Shown here piece by piece: positions 49,712 through 57,664 of a stretch of DNA of 64,000 bases; the stretch's first letter is position 1, and the number at the start of each line of letters is the position of its first letter. The position numbers and the translations under genes are program-made. This DNA comes from an uncultured delta proteobacterium (lineage in GTDB: Bacteria; Desulfobacterota; Binatia; DP-6). The stretch is from the NCBI GenBank assembly GCA_963815115.1, contig CAWFFN010000005.1, forward strand, positions 672,001 to 736,000, in the 5' to 3' direction. The notes beneath the pieces are model-generated. The model was not told the origin of the DNA. It worked only from the letters and a program-made list of their open reading frames with translations, and did no database searches.

Positions 49712-50470
49712 GTGTCCGAGGCCTACGACGGCTTCGCTTCCCACTTCGACGCCTGGCAGCAGGCCTTCGGCGGCGCGTACGACGACCTCATCTTGCCGCG
49801 CCTCCTGGCGGCCCTCGCACGCCATCCGCGGCCGGTGCGGCGCGTGATCGATCTCGGCATCGGGACCGGTGATCTGGTGGTGGCCCTCGCGCGCGCCGGC
49901 TACACGGTCGTCGGTGTCGACCGCTCGCGGCCGATGCTCGACGTTGCGCGCGCGAAGGTCGCGGCGGCAGGGCTCGGCACGGCAGCGACGCTGCTGCACC
50001 AGGACATCCGCGCGCTGCGACTCGACGCGCCCGCGGATGCCGCCTGCTGCGTCTATACCGTCGCCAACCAGCTCACCGGCGACGACGACCTCGCGCGCGC
50101 GCTGTCGGCGGTGCGCCAGGCGCTCGTACCCGGCGGCCTGCTGCTGTGCGAGGTCAATCTCCCGGAAGCGTACGCGCGCTACTGGAGCGGGGTGGAGACG
50201 ATCACGCTGCCGGACGCGGTCGTGACGCGCGAGCACGTCCACCTCGCGGGGTCCGCGACCCTGGAAGCCCGCGTCACCATCCGCCGCCACGACGGCACGA
50301 CGGTGTGCGATCGGATCGCGCAGCGGCCATACGGCGACGCCGAGCTGGAGGCCGCATTCACCGGCGCCGGCTTCGGCGTGGCCGGCGTGGAGCGCTTCAA
50401 CCCCTTCGACGCCGCCGGCCCGGCCGTGAAGGCGCTGTGGAACGCTCAGCGTCTGCCGGGGCGCGCGTAG
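49712..50470 (+). CDS. Class I SAM-dependent methyltransferase
   Basis: VIDLGIGTG, GVDRSRPML, QDIR, LVPGG. Confidence 0.87.
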   Translation: MSEAYDGFASHFDAWQQAFGGAYDDLILPRLLAALARHPRPVRRVIDLGIGTGDLVVALARAGYTVVGVDRSRPMLDVARAKVAAAGLGTAATLLHQDIRALRLDAPADAACCVYTVANQLTGDDDLARALSAVRQALVPGGLLLCEVNLPEAYARYWSGVETITLPDAVVTREHVHLAGSATLEARVTIRRHDGTTVCDRIAQRPYGDAELEAAFTGAGFGVAGVERFNPFDAAGPAVKALWNAQRLPGRA

Positions 50471-51114
50471 CTGGTGCGATCGCGAACGTTCGCCGCGGCG
50501 AAGGCCTCGACACGCTCGCGGCACTTGTTGCAGTCGCCGCAATGACGTCCATCGGGCGTGGGGCGCAGGCAGGAGAGCGTCAGCTCGAGCGGCAGATCGC
50601 TCCCGCGCCGGATGACCTCCGGCTTGCTGAGCTCGCGGTAAGGCGCCACGACCGCGAGCGGTGCTCGCAGCGCCTCCGAGGCGACGGCGGCGATGCCCGA
50701 GAAGAAGTGATGGGTGGCGTCCGGGAACGGGTTGCCCGCCAGCGAGCCGAGAGCGAGCGTCGGCCAGCCCTCGATGGCGGCGGCCACCAGCGCCTTCGAG
50801 AGCAGGACCAGGTTGCGGCCGCGAAGCTCGACGGCCTCGTCCGGCGCTCCCCACTCCGGTGTACCCTGGCCGCTCATGCTCCAGTGCGTGCCGTAGACGT
50901 CCGCCATGGGAAGCGTCAGATCTCGCGGCGGGGCCACCCGGGGCTCACCGACCGCATGGAGAAAACGCCCGAGGGCGGAGCGCTCGGCATCTTCCCAGGG
51001 ATGTCCGGCGCGCACGAAGAGCGGCACGGCGCGCCCCGTGCTGCGGGCCAGGTCGACGAGGAGCACGGCCGAATCGAGGCCGCCGGAGCACAAGACGGCG
51101 ACGGGGGGTCGCAT
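50446..51114 (-). CDS. queC: 7-cyano-7-deazaguanine synthase (QueC)-like PP-loop ATPase
   Basis: SGGLDS PP-loop, GRN, FPDAT, TLSC, HCGDCNKCRER Zn site. Confidence 0.8.
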   Translation of the reverse strand: MRPPVAVLCSGGLDSAVLLVDLARSTGRAVPLFVRAGHPWEDAERSALGRFLHAVGEPRVAPPRDLTLPMADVYGTHWSMSGQGTPEWGAPDEAVELRGRNLVLLSKALVAAAIEGWPTLALGSLAGNPFPDATHHFFSGIAAVASEALRAPLAVVAPYRELSKPEVIRRGSDLPLELTLSCLRPTPDGRHCGDCNKCRERVEAFAAANVRDRTSYARPGRR

Positions 51115-51192
51115 CGGCCTGGCGACTACCATGCGACCGGGAGCAGTCAAGGCGAGGCGACCCCTGGCGCTCCCGGTACCTCCGCTCCCCTG

Positions 51193-51217
51193 GTAACCTG
51201 GGATGGTCGGCGCCGTA
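51193..51217 (+). promoter_or_regulatory. Putative ECF16 (SigF/EcfF-type) promoter GTAACC-N15-CGTA
   Basis: Motif seen upstream of the sigma gene; matches the known GTAAC...CG(A/T)A consensus of NrsF-associated sigmas. Confidence 0.6.
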
Positions 51218-51276
51218 TGATGCCTGCGAGGGACGACGATGCCACGAGTGGGCGTAGCCGCCAGCGGGCGGAGTGC

Positions 51277-51768
51277 ATGGCTCGCGCGCAGGGGGGAGAT
51301 CGCGACGCCTATCGCATGCTCCTCGAGGAGATAGGTCCCATCGTGCTCGGATGGCTTCGTCGCTGGCTGGCGGATCCGGAGGACCTCGCAGATGTCTATC
51401 AGGACACGCTCGTCCACCTGCACCAGGCCCGGCACACCTACGATCCCGCCCGCCCCTTCGAGCCCTGGCTGTTCGCGATCGCGCGCAACGCCGCCGCCGA
51501 CCACGGCCGGCGGCGGCGCCGCGAGCGCACCTGGGAGACCGTCGTCGACCAGCTGCCCGACGTGGCCATGGAGGGGGGGGCGTTCGAGCCGGCGCTTGCC
51601 GAGGCGCTGCGGGCGTTGCCCCGACCGCAGCGCGAAGCGTTCACCATGCTGAAGCTCGAGGGGCTGTCGGTGGGCGTGGCGGCGGCTCGCGCCGGGGTGA
51701 CTCCGGGGGCGCTCAAGGTGCGGGCCCACCGGGCCTACAAGGCGCTGAAGGCGCTGCTGGGGAGCTGA
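51277..51768 (+). CDS. ECF sigma-70 factor, NrsF-associated (ECF16/SigF type)
   Basis: MARAQGGDRDAY, QDTL, HTYDPARPFEPWLFAIAR, LKLEGLS, ALKVRAHRAYK. Alternative start 51217. Confidence 0.9.
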   Translation: MARAQGGDRDAYRMLLEEIGPIVLGWLRRWLADPEDLADVYQDTLVHLHQARHTYDPARPFEPWLFAIARNAAADHGRRRRRERTWETVVDQLPDVAMEGGAFEPALAEALRALPRPQREAFTMLKLEGLSVGVAAARAGVTPGALKVRAHRAYKALKALLGS

Positions 51769-51771
51769 GCG

Positions 51772-52428
51772 ATGCAGGAGCCCAGCTGGCAGGACGAGCT
51801 CGTCGACCGCCTGGTGACGGACGCCCGCCCCGTGCGGCCTCTCTGGCCCCCCGGAGCGCGCCTGGCCGTGTGGCTCGCGGTCGTCGCGCTGGTCGCGGTC
51901 GTGGTGGGGAGGCCCTACCTCCGATCCGACGTGGCACGCCGGTTGGCGTCGCCGACGTTCCTGCTCGAGATGGCCGCGATGCTGCTCGCGGGCAGCCTGC
52001 TCGGACTCGAAGCGCTGCGGGCTGCCGTCCCCGGGTGTCGGCCCAACCGGCCCGCGATCGGTGTCGCCATCGCGGCGGTGGCGCTCGTCGGCATCCTGCA
52101 GCTCCGCCAGCCCATCCACTGGGGCTGGACGCCGGACTTCTTCCTCCAGCTGGGTGAGCTGTGCCTCTGGCGGACGGCGGGGCTCGTGGTCGTCCCCTGG
52201 GTTTGGCTCCTCGCCGCCGTGCGCCGGGGGGCTCCCCTCGCCACCGCACGTGCGGCCGCGCTGGCCGGCGCGGCCGCATTCGGACTGACGTTCGTGATCA
52301 TGCGGTTCTGCTGCCGGACGGACGAGCTGCTGCATCTGACGGTGTTCCACGTGCTGCCGGTGCTGGTTGGCACCGCACTGTCGGCCGGGCTCGGTCTGCT
52401 GCTCCTGGGACGCTGGCGACCCTCCTGA
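51772..52428 (+). CDS. nrsF: NrsF (DUF1109) anti-sigma membrane protein
   Basis: LVDRLVTDARPV, six TMs, conserved Cys (ELCL, RFCC), RRGAP, FH motif; follows the ECF sigma. Confidence 0.85.
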   Translation: MQEPSWQDELVDRLVTDARPVRPLWPPGARLAVWLAVVALVAVVVGRPYLRSDVARRLASPTFLLEMAAMLLAGSLLGLEALRAAVPGCRPNRPAIGVAIAAVALVGILQLRQPIHWGWTPDFFLQLGELCLWRTAGLVVVPWVWLLAAVRRGAPLATARAAALAGAAAFGLTFVIMRFCCRTDELLHLTVFHVLPVLVGTALSAGLGLLLLGRWRPS

Positions 52429-52438
52429 GCTGGCCGGC

Positions 52439-52464
52439 GTAACCATCGCCCGCCTCCATTCGTA
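52439..52464 (+). promoter_or_regulatory. Putative ECF16 promoter GTAACC-N16-CGTA
   Basis: Exact motif 18 nt upstream of the second sigma gene. Confidence 0.65.
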
Positions 52465-52481
52465 CCTCTCCTCGTAACCGT

Positions 52482-53051
52482 ATGGCGTGGGCAGTGAAGC
52501 CCGCAGACAACCCCCGTTCGTGCTGCGGGGCCGAGCGGCAAGCGATCGAGCATGCGATCGATCACGGGCACGCCCGCCTGGTGGCGGTGGCCCGTCGACT
52601 GCTGCGGGACGAGGACGAAGCTCGCGAGGCAGTGCAGGATGCCTGCGTTCTCGCCCTCCGGGGCAGCGCGGGCTTCGCGCACCGGGCCCGGGCGTCGACC
52701 TGGCTGCATCGTATCGTGGTCAACGTGGCGCTGCTGCGGCTTCGTGCCCGCCGCCGGGGGGCCTCGGCCGCGCTGGACGCCGGCGTCTCGGCGGCCCTGC
52801 GCACGGCCGATTCGGCGGAGGAGGTCGTGGCCCGCGCCCAGCTGCGTCAGATGGTTCGCCGGGCCGTTGAAGCCCTGCCCGAGCGCTATCGTGCCGTGCT
52901 CGTGCTCCGCGACCTGCGCGACCGGGGAACGGCGGAGACGGCCGGCGCGCTCGGCCTCACGACGAACGCCGCCAAGATCCGCCTCCATCGTGCGCGCCAG
53001 GCGCTGCGCGGTGCGCTCGCTCCGCACGACCTCGTCGAGGTGGTCGCATGA
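52482..53051 (+). CDS. ECF sigma-70 factor (second)
   Basis: EAREAVQD, STWLHRIVVNVAL, LPERYRAVLVLRD, AKIRLHRARQAL. Confidence 0.88.
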   Translation: MAWAVKPADNPRSCCGAERQAIEHAIDHGHARLVAVARRLLRDEDEAREAVQDACVLALRGSAGFAHRARASTWLHRIVVNVALLRLRARRRGASAALDAGVSAALRTADSAEEVVARAQLRQMVRRAVEALPERYRAVLVLRDLRDRGTAETAGALGLTTNAAKIRLHRARQALRGALAPHDLVEVVA

Positions 53052-53368
53052 ACGCCCTCAGCCGGCGCCGCGGGCAGCCACCGGGCGAGTCGCGTCGCAG
53101 CCGCATGCCGGTCGCTCTGCGTGGCCAGCCGCTGACCGGCGAGCTCCAGCTCCGGCTCGCCGTGCTCGAGGACTGTCTGCGCAGCCTGCTCCTCACCCGT
53201 GGCAACGCCGCCGGGCGGCGGCGCCGTCGCGAGCTGGCCTGGATCGAGAGCCGCGACCGCGACGCGCCCTTCGCTTTCGAGAGCCTCTGCGACGCGCTCG
53301 GCATCGACGCCAATCGCCTGCGGCGTCGGGTGCACGTCGCGCTTGGACCCTCCGATCGGCTGTGCTAG
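53048..53368 (+). CDS. Small hypothetical protein
   Basis: ATGA-coupled to the sigma; LAVLED...W...PFAFESLCDALGID motif. Confidence 0.75.
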   Translation: MNALSRRRGQPPGESRRSRMPVALRGQPLTGELQLRLAVLEDCLRSLLLTRGNAAGRRRRRELAWIESRDRDAPFAFESLCDALGIDANRLRRRVHVALGPSDRLC

Positions 53369-53372
53369 GCGA

Positions 53373-53469
53373 GCGATCCGAGACTCCGTCGCGAGCATGG
53401 CACGAAACCGGTCCACCGAACGCCTCACCCTCGCCTCCGCTTGCGACCCGAGACCAAGTCTCGGGTCGC
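53373..53469 (-). repeat. Nested-hairpin repeat, copy A (internally deleted, inverted)
   Basis: GCGACCCGAGAC-CAA-GTCTCGGGTCGC hairpin; reverse complement matches both ends of copy C (GCGGAGGCGAGGGTG, GGCGTTCGGTG, TCGTGCCATGCTCGC). Confidence 0.85.
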
Positions 53470-53473
53470 GCTG

Positions 53474-54049
53474 ATGCTGCACCTGGGCTCGAGCACCGGC
53501 TCGGCGTGGCTTGCCCGCGCCCTCGCGCATCTGGACGAGATCCTCGTCGACCATGCCCATTGCGAGAAGAAGGCGGCGTCCACGGCGCTCAGCCTGCTTT
53601 TTCGCTATCCCGAGCAGACGGTGCTGCTCGCGCCGCTCGCCCGCCTCGCCCGCGACGAGCTGGCGCACTTCGAGGAGGTGCTCGAGCGACTGAAGGCCCG
53701 GGGGCTGGGACTCCGGCGCCAGCGCCCGAGCCCGTATGCCGCCGAGCTTCTCGCGGGCATCCGCGCGGCCGAGCCCGGGCGTCTGGTCGACACCCTCCTC
53801 TGCATGGCGCTCATCGAAGCGCGGAGCTGCGAGCGCCTGCAGCTCCTGGCCGGGTCCGTCGAGGACGCGGACCTGGCCGCGCTCTTCGCCGGCCTGGTCG
53901 CCGGCGAAGCCCGCCACCACCGTGCCTACGTCGAGCTGGCCGAGCGCATCGCCCCGCAGGACGAGGTGTCGCGGCGGCTCGACGAGCTCGCCCGACACGA
54001 GGCGGCGGTGCTGGCTCGAGCCCCCGCCTGGCCCCGCCTGCACGCGTGA
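53474..54049 (+). CDS. miaE: tRNA-(ms2io6A)-hydroxylase
   Basis: DHAHCEKKAASTAL, ELAHF, LIEARSCER, EARHH diiron motifs. Confidence 0.93.
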   Translation: MLHLGSSTGSAWLARALAHLDEILVDHAHCEKKAASTALSLLFRYPEQTVLLAPLARLARDELAHFEEVLERLKARGLGLRRQRPSPYAAELLAGIRAAEPGRLVDTLLCMALIEARSCERLQLLAGSVEDADLAALFAGLVAGEARHHRAYVELAERIAPQDEVSRRLDELARHEAAVLARAPAWPRLHA

Positions 54050-54111
54050 GACGGCCGCTTCGCAGGCGGCGGTCATCCGCGCTATAGAATCGCAAACCGA
54101 AGGAGTTCCCG

Positions 54112-55953
54112 ATGAGTACCGCGTCGACACCCTCCCAGTCGCGTCCCGAGCCGCACGCGCTCGCGGGCAGCGCCATGACCTGCGCCGACATGATCGTGCA
54201 GGTGCTCGCCGACGAGGGGGTGGACACGCTCTTCGGCTACAGCGGGGGGGCCATCCTCCCGACCTACGACGCCATCTTCCGCTACAACGGGACCCACCCG
54301 CAGCGCGAGATGCGGCTCGTCGTCCCGGCGACGGAGCAGGGAGCCGGCTTCATGGCCGCCGGGTATGCGCGCTCGACCGGGCGGGTCGGCGTGTTCGTCG
54401 TCACGTCGGGCCCGGGCGCCACCAACTCGGTGACCCCGGTGCGCGACTGCCAGGCCGACTCGGTTCCGGTCGTGCTGATCACCGGGCAGGTGCCGCGCGC
54501 GGCGATGGGCACCGACGCGTTCCAGGAGGCGCCGGTCTTCAACATCATGGCCGCGTGCGCCAAGCACATCTTCCTGCTGACTGACGAGAGCAAGGTCGAG
54601 GCGACCATCCGGACCGCCTTCGACATCGCGCGGCACGGACGCCCCGGCCCGGTCGTCGTGGACATCCCGCGCGACGTCCAGCTGGCGCAGGGTGTCTTCC
54701 GTGGCAGCGGGCTGCTGCCGCTCCACGGCTACACCGAGCGCATCGATTCGCTCGAGCACGCGGTCATCTCGCCGGCCGACGCGCAGGCGTTCTTCGGCCT
54801 GCTGGCGGCCTCCGAGCGCCCCCTCCTCTACGTCGGCGGCGGCGTCATCAACAGCGACGCGGCAACCGAGCTGCGCGCCTTCGCGCAGCGCTTCGGCATC
54901 CCGGTGGTCACCACGCTGATGGGGATCGGCGCCGTCGACACCACAAGCGAGCTGTCGCTGCGCATGCTCGGCATGCACGGCATGGCCTTCGCCAACTACG
55001 CCGTCGAGGACTGCGACTTCCTCATCGCGATCGGCTCGCGCTTCGACGACCGCGTCGCCGGCAAGGTGAAGGAGTTCGCGCCCAACGCGCAGATCGCCCA
55101 CCTCGACATCGACGCCTCCGAGATCGGCAAGGTGAAGAACGTCGACTGGGCGCACGTCGCCGATGCCAAGCGCGGGATCAAGCAGCTGATGGACGCGGGG
55201 GCGGGGTTCAAGAAGAGCTTCGGACCGTGGCGCGCCCACGTCACCGAGCTGAAGCGCCGGCACGCGCTCAACTACAACCGCGGCTCGGACAAGATCCAGG
55301 CGGAGTACGTCCTGGAGGAGCTGAACAAGATCACGCGCGGCGAGGCCATCGTGTCCACCGGCGTCGGCCAGCACCAGATGTGGGCCGCGCAGTACCTCGA
55401 CTTCGTGGCGCCGCGCACCTGGCTCACCTCGGGAAGCATGGGCACCATGGGCTTCGGTCTACCGGCCGCCATCGGGGCCCAGCTCGCCCATCCGGGCGCG
55501 CTGGTGATCGATATCGACGGCGACGGGAGCATCCGCATGAACCTCGGCGAGCTCGAGACGCTCACGACATACGACATCCCCGTGAAGGTGCTGATTCTCA
55601 ACAACCTCGGCGACGGCATGGTGCGGCAGTGGCAGGACCTGTTCTACGCCAACCGCTACTCCGGCTCCGACAAGACCCTTCACAAGAAGGACTTCATCAA
55701 GGCCGCGGAAGCCGACGGCTTCGGGTTCGCGCAGCGCGCCACCGAGCCGGCACAGGTACCGGCCATGCTGGAGGCGTTCGTGCGCTTCCCGGGGCCGGCG
55801 TTCCTCGAGGTGATGGTCGATCCGGGCGCCCACGTCTACCCGATGGTGGGCCCGGGCATGGGCTACAAGGACATGATCACCGGCAAGTGGATCCCGGGCC
55901 GCGACAAGAGCTCCCCGAGCGGCGGAGTGGATCCGACCGGCGGAATGTTTTAG
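54112..55953 (+). CDS. ilvB: Acetolactate synthase large subunit, biosynthetic type
   Basis: FGYSGGAILP, EQGAG, TSGPGATN, RFDDRV, GVGQHQMW, GTMGFGLP, GDGS...N, MVRQWQ; RBS AAGGAG. Confidence 0.95.
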   Translation: MSTASTPSQSRPEPHALAGSAMTCADMIVQVLADEGVDTLFGYSGGAILPTYDAIFRYNGTHPQREMRLVVPATEQGAGFMAAGYARSTGRVGVFVVTSGPGATNSVTPVRDCQADSVPVVLITGQVPRAAMGTDAFQEAPVFNIMAACAKHIFLLTDESKVEATIRTAFDIARHGRPGPVVVDIPRDVQLAQGVFRGSGLLPLHGYTERIDSLEHAVISPADAQAFFGLLAASERPLLYVGGGVINSDAATELRAFAQRFGIPVVTTLMGIGAVDTTSELSLRMLGMHGMAFANYAVEDCDFLIAIGSRFDDRVAGKVKEFAPNAQIAHLDIDASEIGKVKNVDWAHVADAKRGIKQLMDAGAGFKKSFGPWRAHVTELKRRHALNYNRGSDKIQAEYVLEELNKITRGEAIVSTGVGQHQMWAAQYLDFVAPRTWLTSGSMGTMGFGLPAAIGAQLAHPGALVIDIDGDGSIRMNLGELETLTTYDIPVKVLILNNLGDGMVRQWQDLFYANRYSGSDKTLHKKDFIKAAEADGFGFAQRATEPAQVPAMLEAFVRFPGPAFLEVMVDPGAHVYPMVGPGMGYKDMITGKWIPGRDKSSPSGGVDPTGGMF

Positions 55954-56197
55954 GGTCGACGCGAGACTCCGTCTCGGGTCGAGAGCGAGTGTGTGGCGTT
56001 CGGTGGCTCGGGCGAACGCCGTGCCGCGGCCGGCGAAGCCGGCGCGGCAATGCAAGGCACGCCCGAAACTTTCGCCTAGGGCGTCTTGCTCCGAATCGTA
56101 TGCCGCGGCGGCTTTGCCGCCCGCGGCACGACGTCCGCACCGTTCATCACGTTTGACTCTCGCTCTCCGGCTCGCCCCGAGACGAAGTCTCGGGGCG
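55954..56197 (+). repeat. Nested-hairpin repeat, copy B
   Basis: Terminal GAGAC-NNN-GTCTC hairpins at 55956-55982 and 56173-56197; inner inverted REP-like units at 56021-56049 and 56101-56129. Confidence 0.9.
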
Positions 56198-56591
56198 CCA
56201 CCCGTGCTCCGTGCGCGATCAGAAACGTCTGGACGCGCGGGACCAGGTCGCCCTGCACGACGATGGTGTCGTCGTCGACGGTCGCACCCACCCCGAGCGC
56301 GCGCCGGATTGCGCGTGCGAGCGAGTCGAGCCGGCGCGCGTCGAGGCGGAGCCCGGCGACGACCGTGGCGGTCTTGCCGCCGTGGCCCTTGCGCTCCCGC
56401 CGCAGCGTGATCCTGGTGCTGCCGGCGAGATCCGGAACGTCGGAATTGGCGGCCGGGATCGCGGGTCCGGCCGCCGGCGGTGCGGCGCGCGGCGCGCTGC
56501 CGGTGACGCCCTGACGCGCGAGAAGCTCCGCCAGCGTAGCGAGCGGGATCGGAGGAGGCCTCTCGGGCGTCGGGGGGCGTCGCCGGCCCAT
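56076..56591 (-). CDS. yciH: SUI1/YciH translation initiation factor-like protein (reads into repeat B)
   Basis: LRRERKGHGGKTATVV, LGVGATV, IVVQGD. Confidence 0.85.
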   Translation of the reverse strand: MGRRRPPTPERPPPIPLATLAELLARQGVTGSAPRAAPPAAGPAIPAANSDVPDLAGSTRITLRRERKGHGGKTATVVAGLRLDARRLDSLARAIRRALGVGATVDDDTIVVQGDLVPRVQTFLIAHGARVAPRDFVSGRAGERESNVMNGADVVPRAAKPPRHTIRSKTP

Positions 56592-56635
56592 CGGGTATCC
56601 GCGGGATGCCGCCGCGCTGCGGCCGGGCGGGGTGC

Positions 56636-56848
56636 TCAGTTCCCCTCGTATTTGAAGCTCAGCTTCACCTTGGCGCGATAGGCGCGAATCTTGCCGTCCT
56701 CGATCTGGAGATCGAGCTGGGAGATCTCCGCGATCCGCAGATCGCGCAGCGTCTTCGACGCCTTCGTGACCGCCGCCGCGGCGGCCTTCTCCCACGACTC
56801 GCTGCTGGTCCCCACCAGCTCGATGATCTTGTAGACGCTCTCAGCCAT
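56636..56848 (-). CDS. Dodecin family flavin-binding protein
   Basis: SVYKIIELVGTSSESWEKAA, YRAKVKLSFKYE; RBS GAGGAGG. Confidence 0.93.
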   Translation of the reverse strand: MAESVYKIIELVGTSSESWEKAAAAAVTKASKTLRDLRIAEISQLDLQIEDGKIRAYRAKVKLSFKYEGN

Positions 56849-56986
56849 GGCTCGTCCTCCTCTGGTCGAAATCAAGGTCTACGCGATCTGCCGGACTTCC
56901 GGATATAGCCGTGAACGCGAGGGAAGGGGAAGGGGGCGTGCGCCGTGCGGCTGGCCCGTGCGGCGGCGTGGGGTAAAAGGACTCCC

Positions 56987-57664
56987 ATGTGTGGCCGCAT
57001 CGTGCGCACCAGTCCCGCCGAGGTGCTGGCGGCGGAGTTCGATGCCCGGCCCGCGCCCGGAATCGACCTGCACCCACGCTACAACCTGTGCCCGGGAGAC
57101 GACCTGGTCGTCGTGGTGCGCAAGGGCGAGGAACGCCGGCTCGGCACGGTACGCTGGGGGTTCGTCCCGCGCTTCGCCGCGGCTCCGGACGAGGCGCCGC
57201 GCTCGATCAACGCCCGCGCCGAGACCGTCGCCGTTCGACCGCCGTTCCGCGATGCCTTCCGGCGCCGCCGGTGCCTCGTCGCGGTGGACGGCTTCTACGA
57301 GTGGCGTCGGGAGGGACGCCGGCGGCAGCCGTATCTCGTTCGCCTGCGCTCCCACCGCCCGATGGCGCTTGCCGGCCTGTGGGAGCGCTGGCGCCCGCGA
57401 GAGGGCCAGCCGCTCCTGACCGGTCTCGTCATCACCTGTCCGGCGACGGGACGGCTGGCAGCGATCCACGACCGCATGCCGGTGATCCTCGCACCCGAAG
57501 GGGCGGCGCGCTGGCTCGATCCGACGATCGAGGACCCGCACGTCCTGCGGGGGCTTCTCGTGTCTGCGCCGGACGAGGAGCTCGAGATCCAGCCGGTGTC
57601 GCTGCTCGTCAACTCGCCGCGGAACGACTCGCCGGAATGCCTGACGCCGGAGCCCCCAGCATGA
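56987..57664 (+). CDS. SOS response-associated peptidase (SRAP/YedK/HMCES family)
   Basis: MCGR N-terminus, RYN, WGF, INARAET, RRC, GFYEW, IHDRMPVIL, VNS. Confidence 0.93.
   Translation: MCGRIVRTSPAEVLAAEFDARPAPGIDLHPRYNLCPGDDLVVVVRKGEERRLGTVRWGFVPRFAAAPDEAPRSINARAETVAVRPPFRDAFRRRRCLVAVDGFYEWRREGRRRQPYLVRLRSHRPMALAGLWERWRPREGQPLLTGLVITCPATGRLAAIHDRMPVILAPEGAARWLDPTIEDPHVLRGLLVSAPDEELEIQPVSLLVNSPRNDSPECLTPEPPA

Noticed and set aside
57609-57664. 56-nt convergent overlap of the SRAP and lipase genes (also 42796-42821 and 50446-50470)
   Set aside because: Short 3' overlaps are common where stop codons are rare in high-GC DNA; no sign of function.
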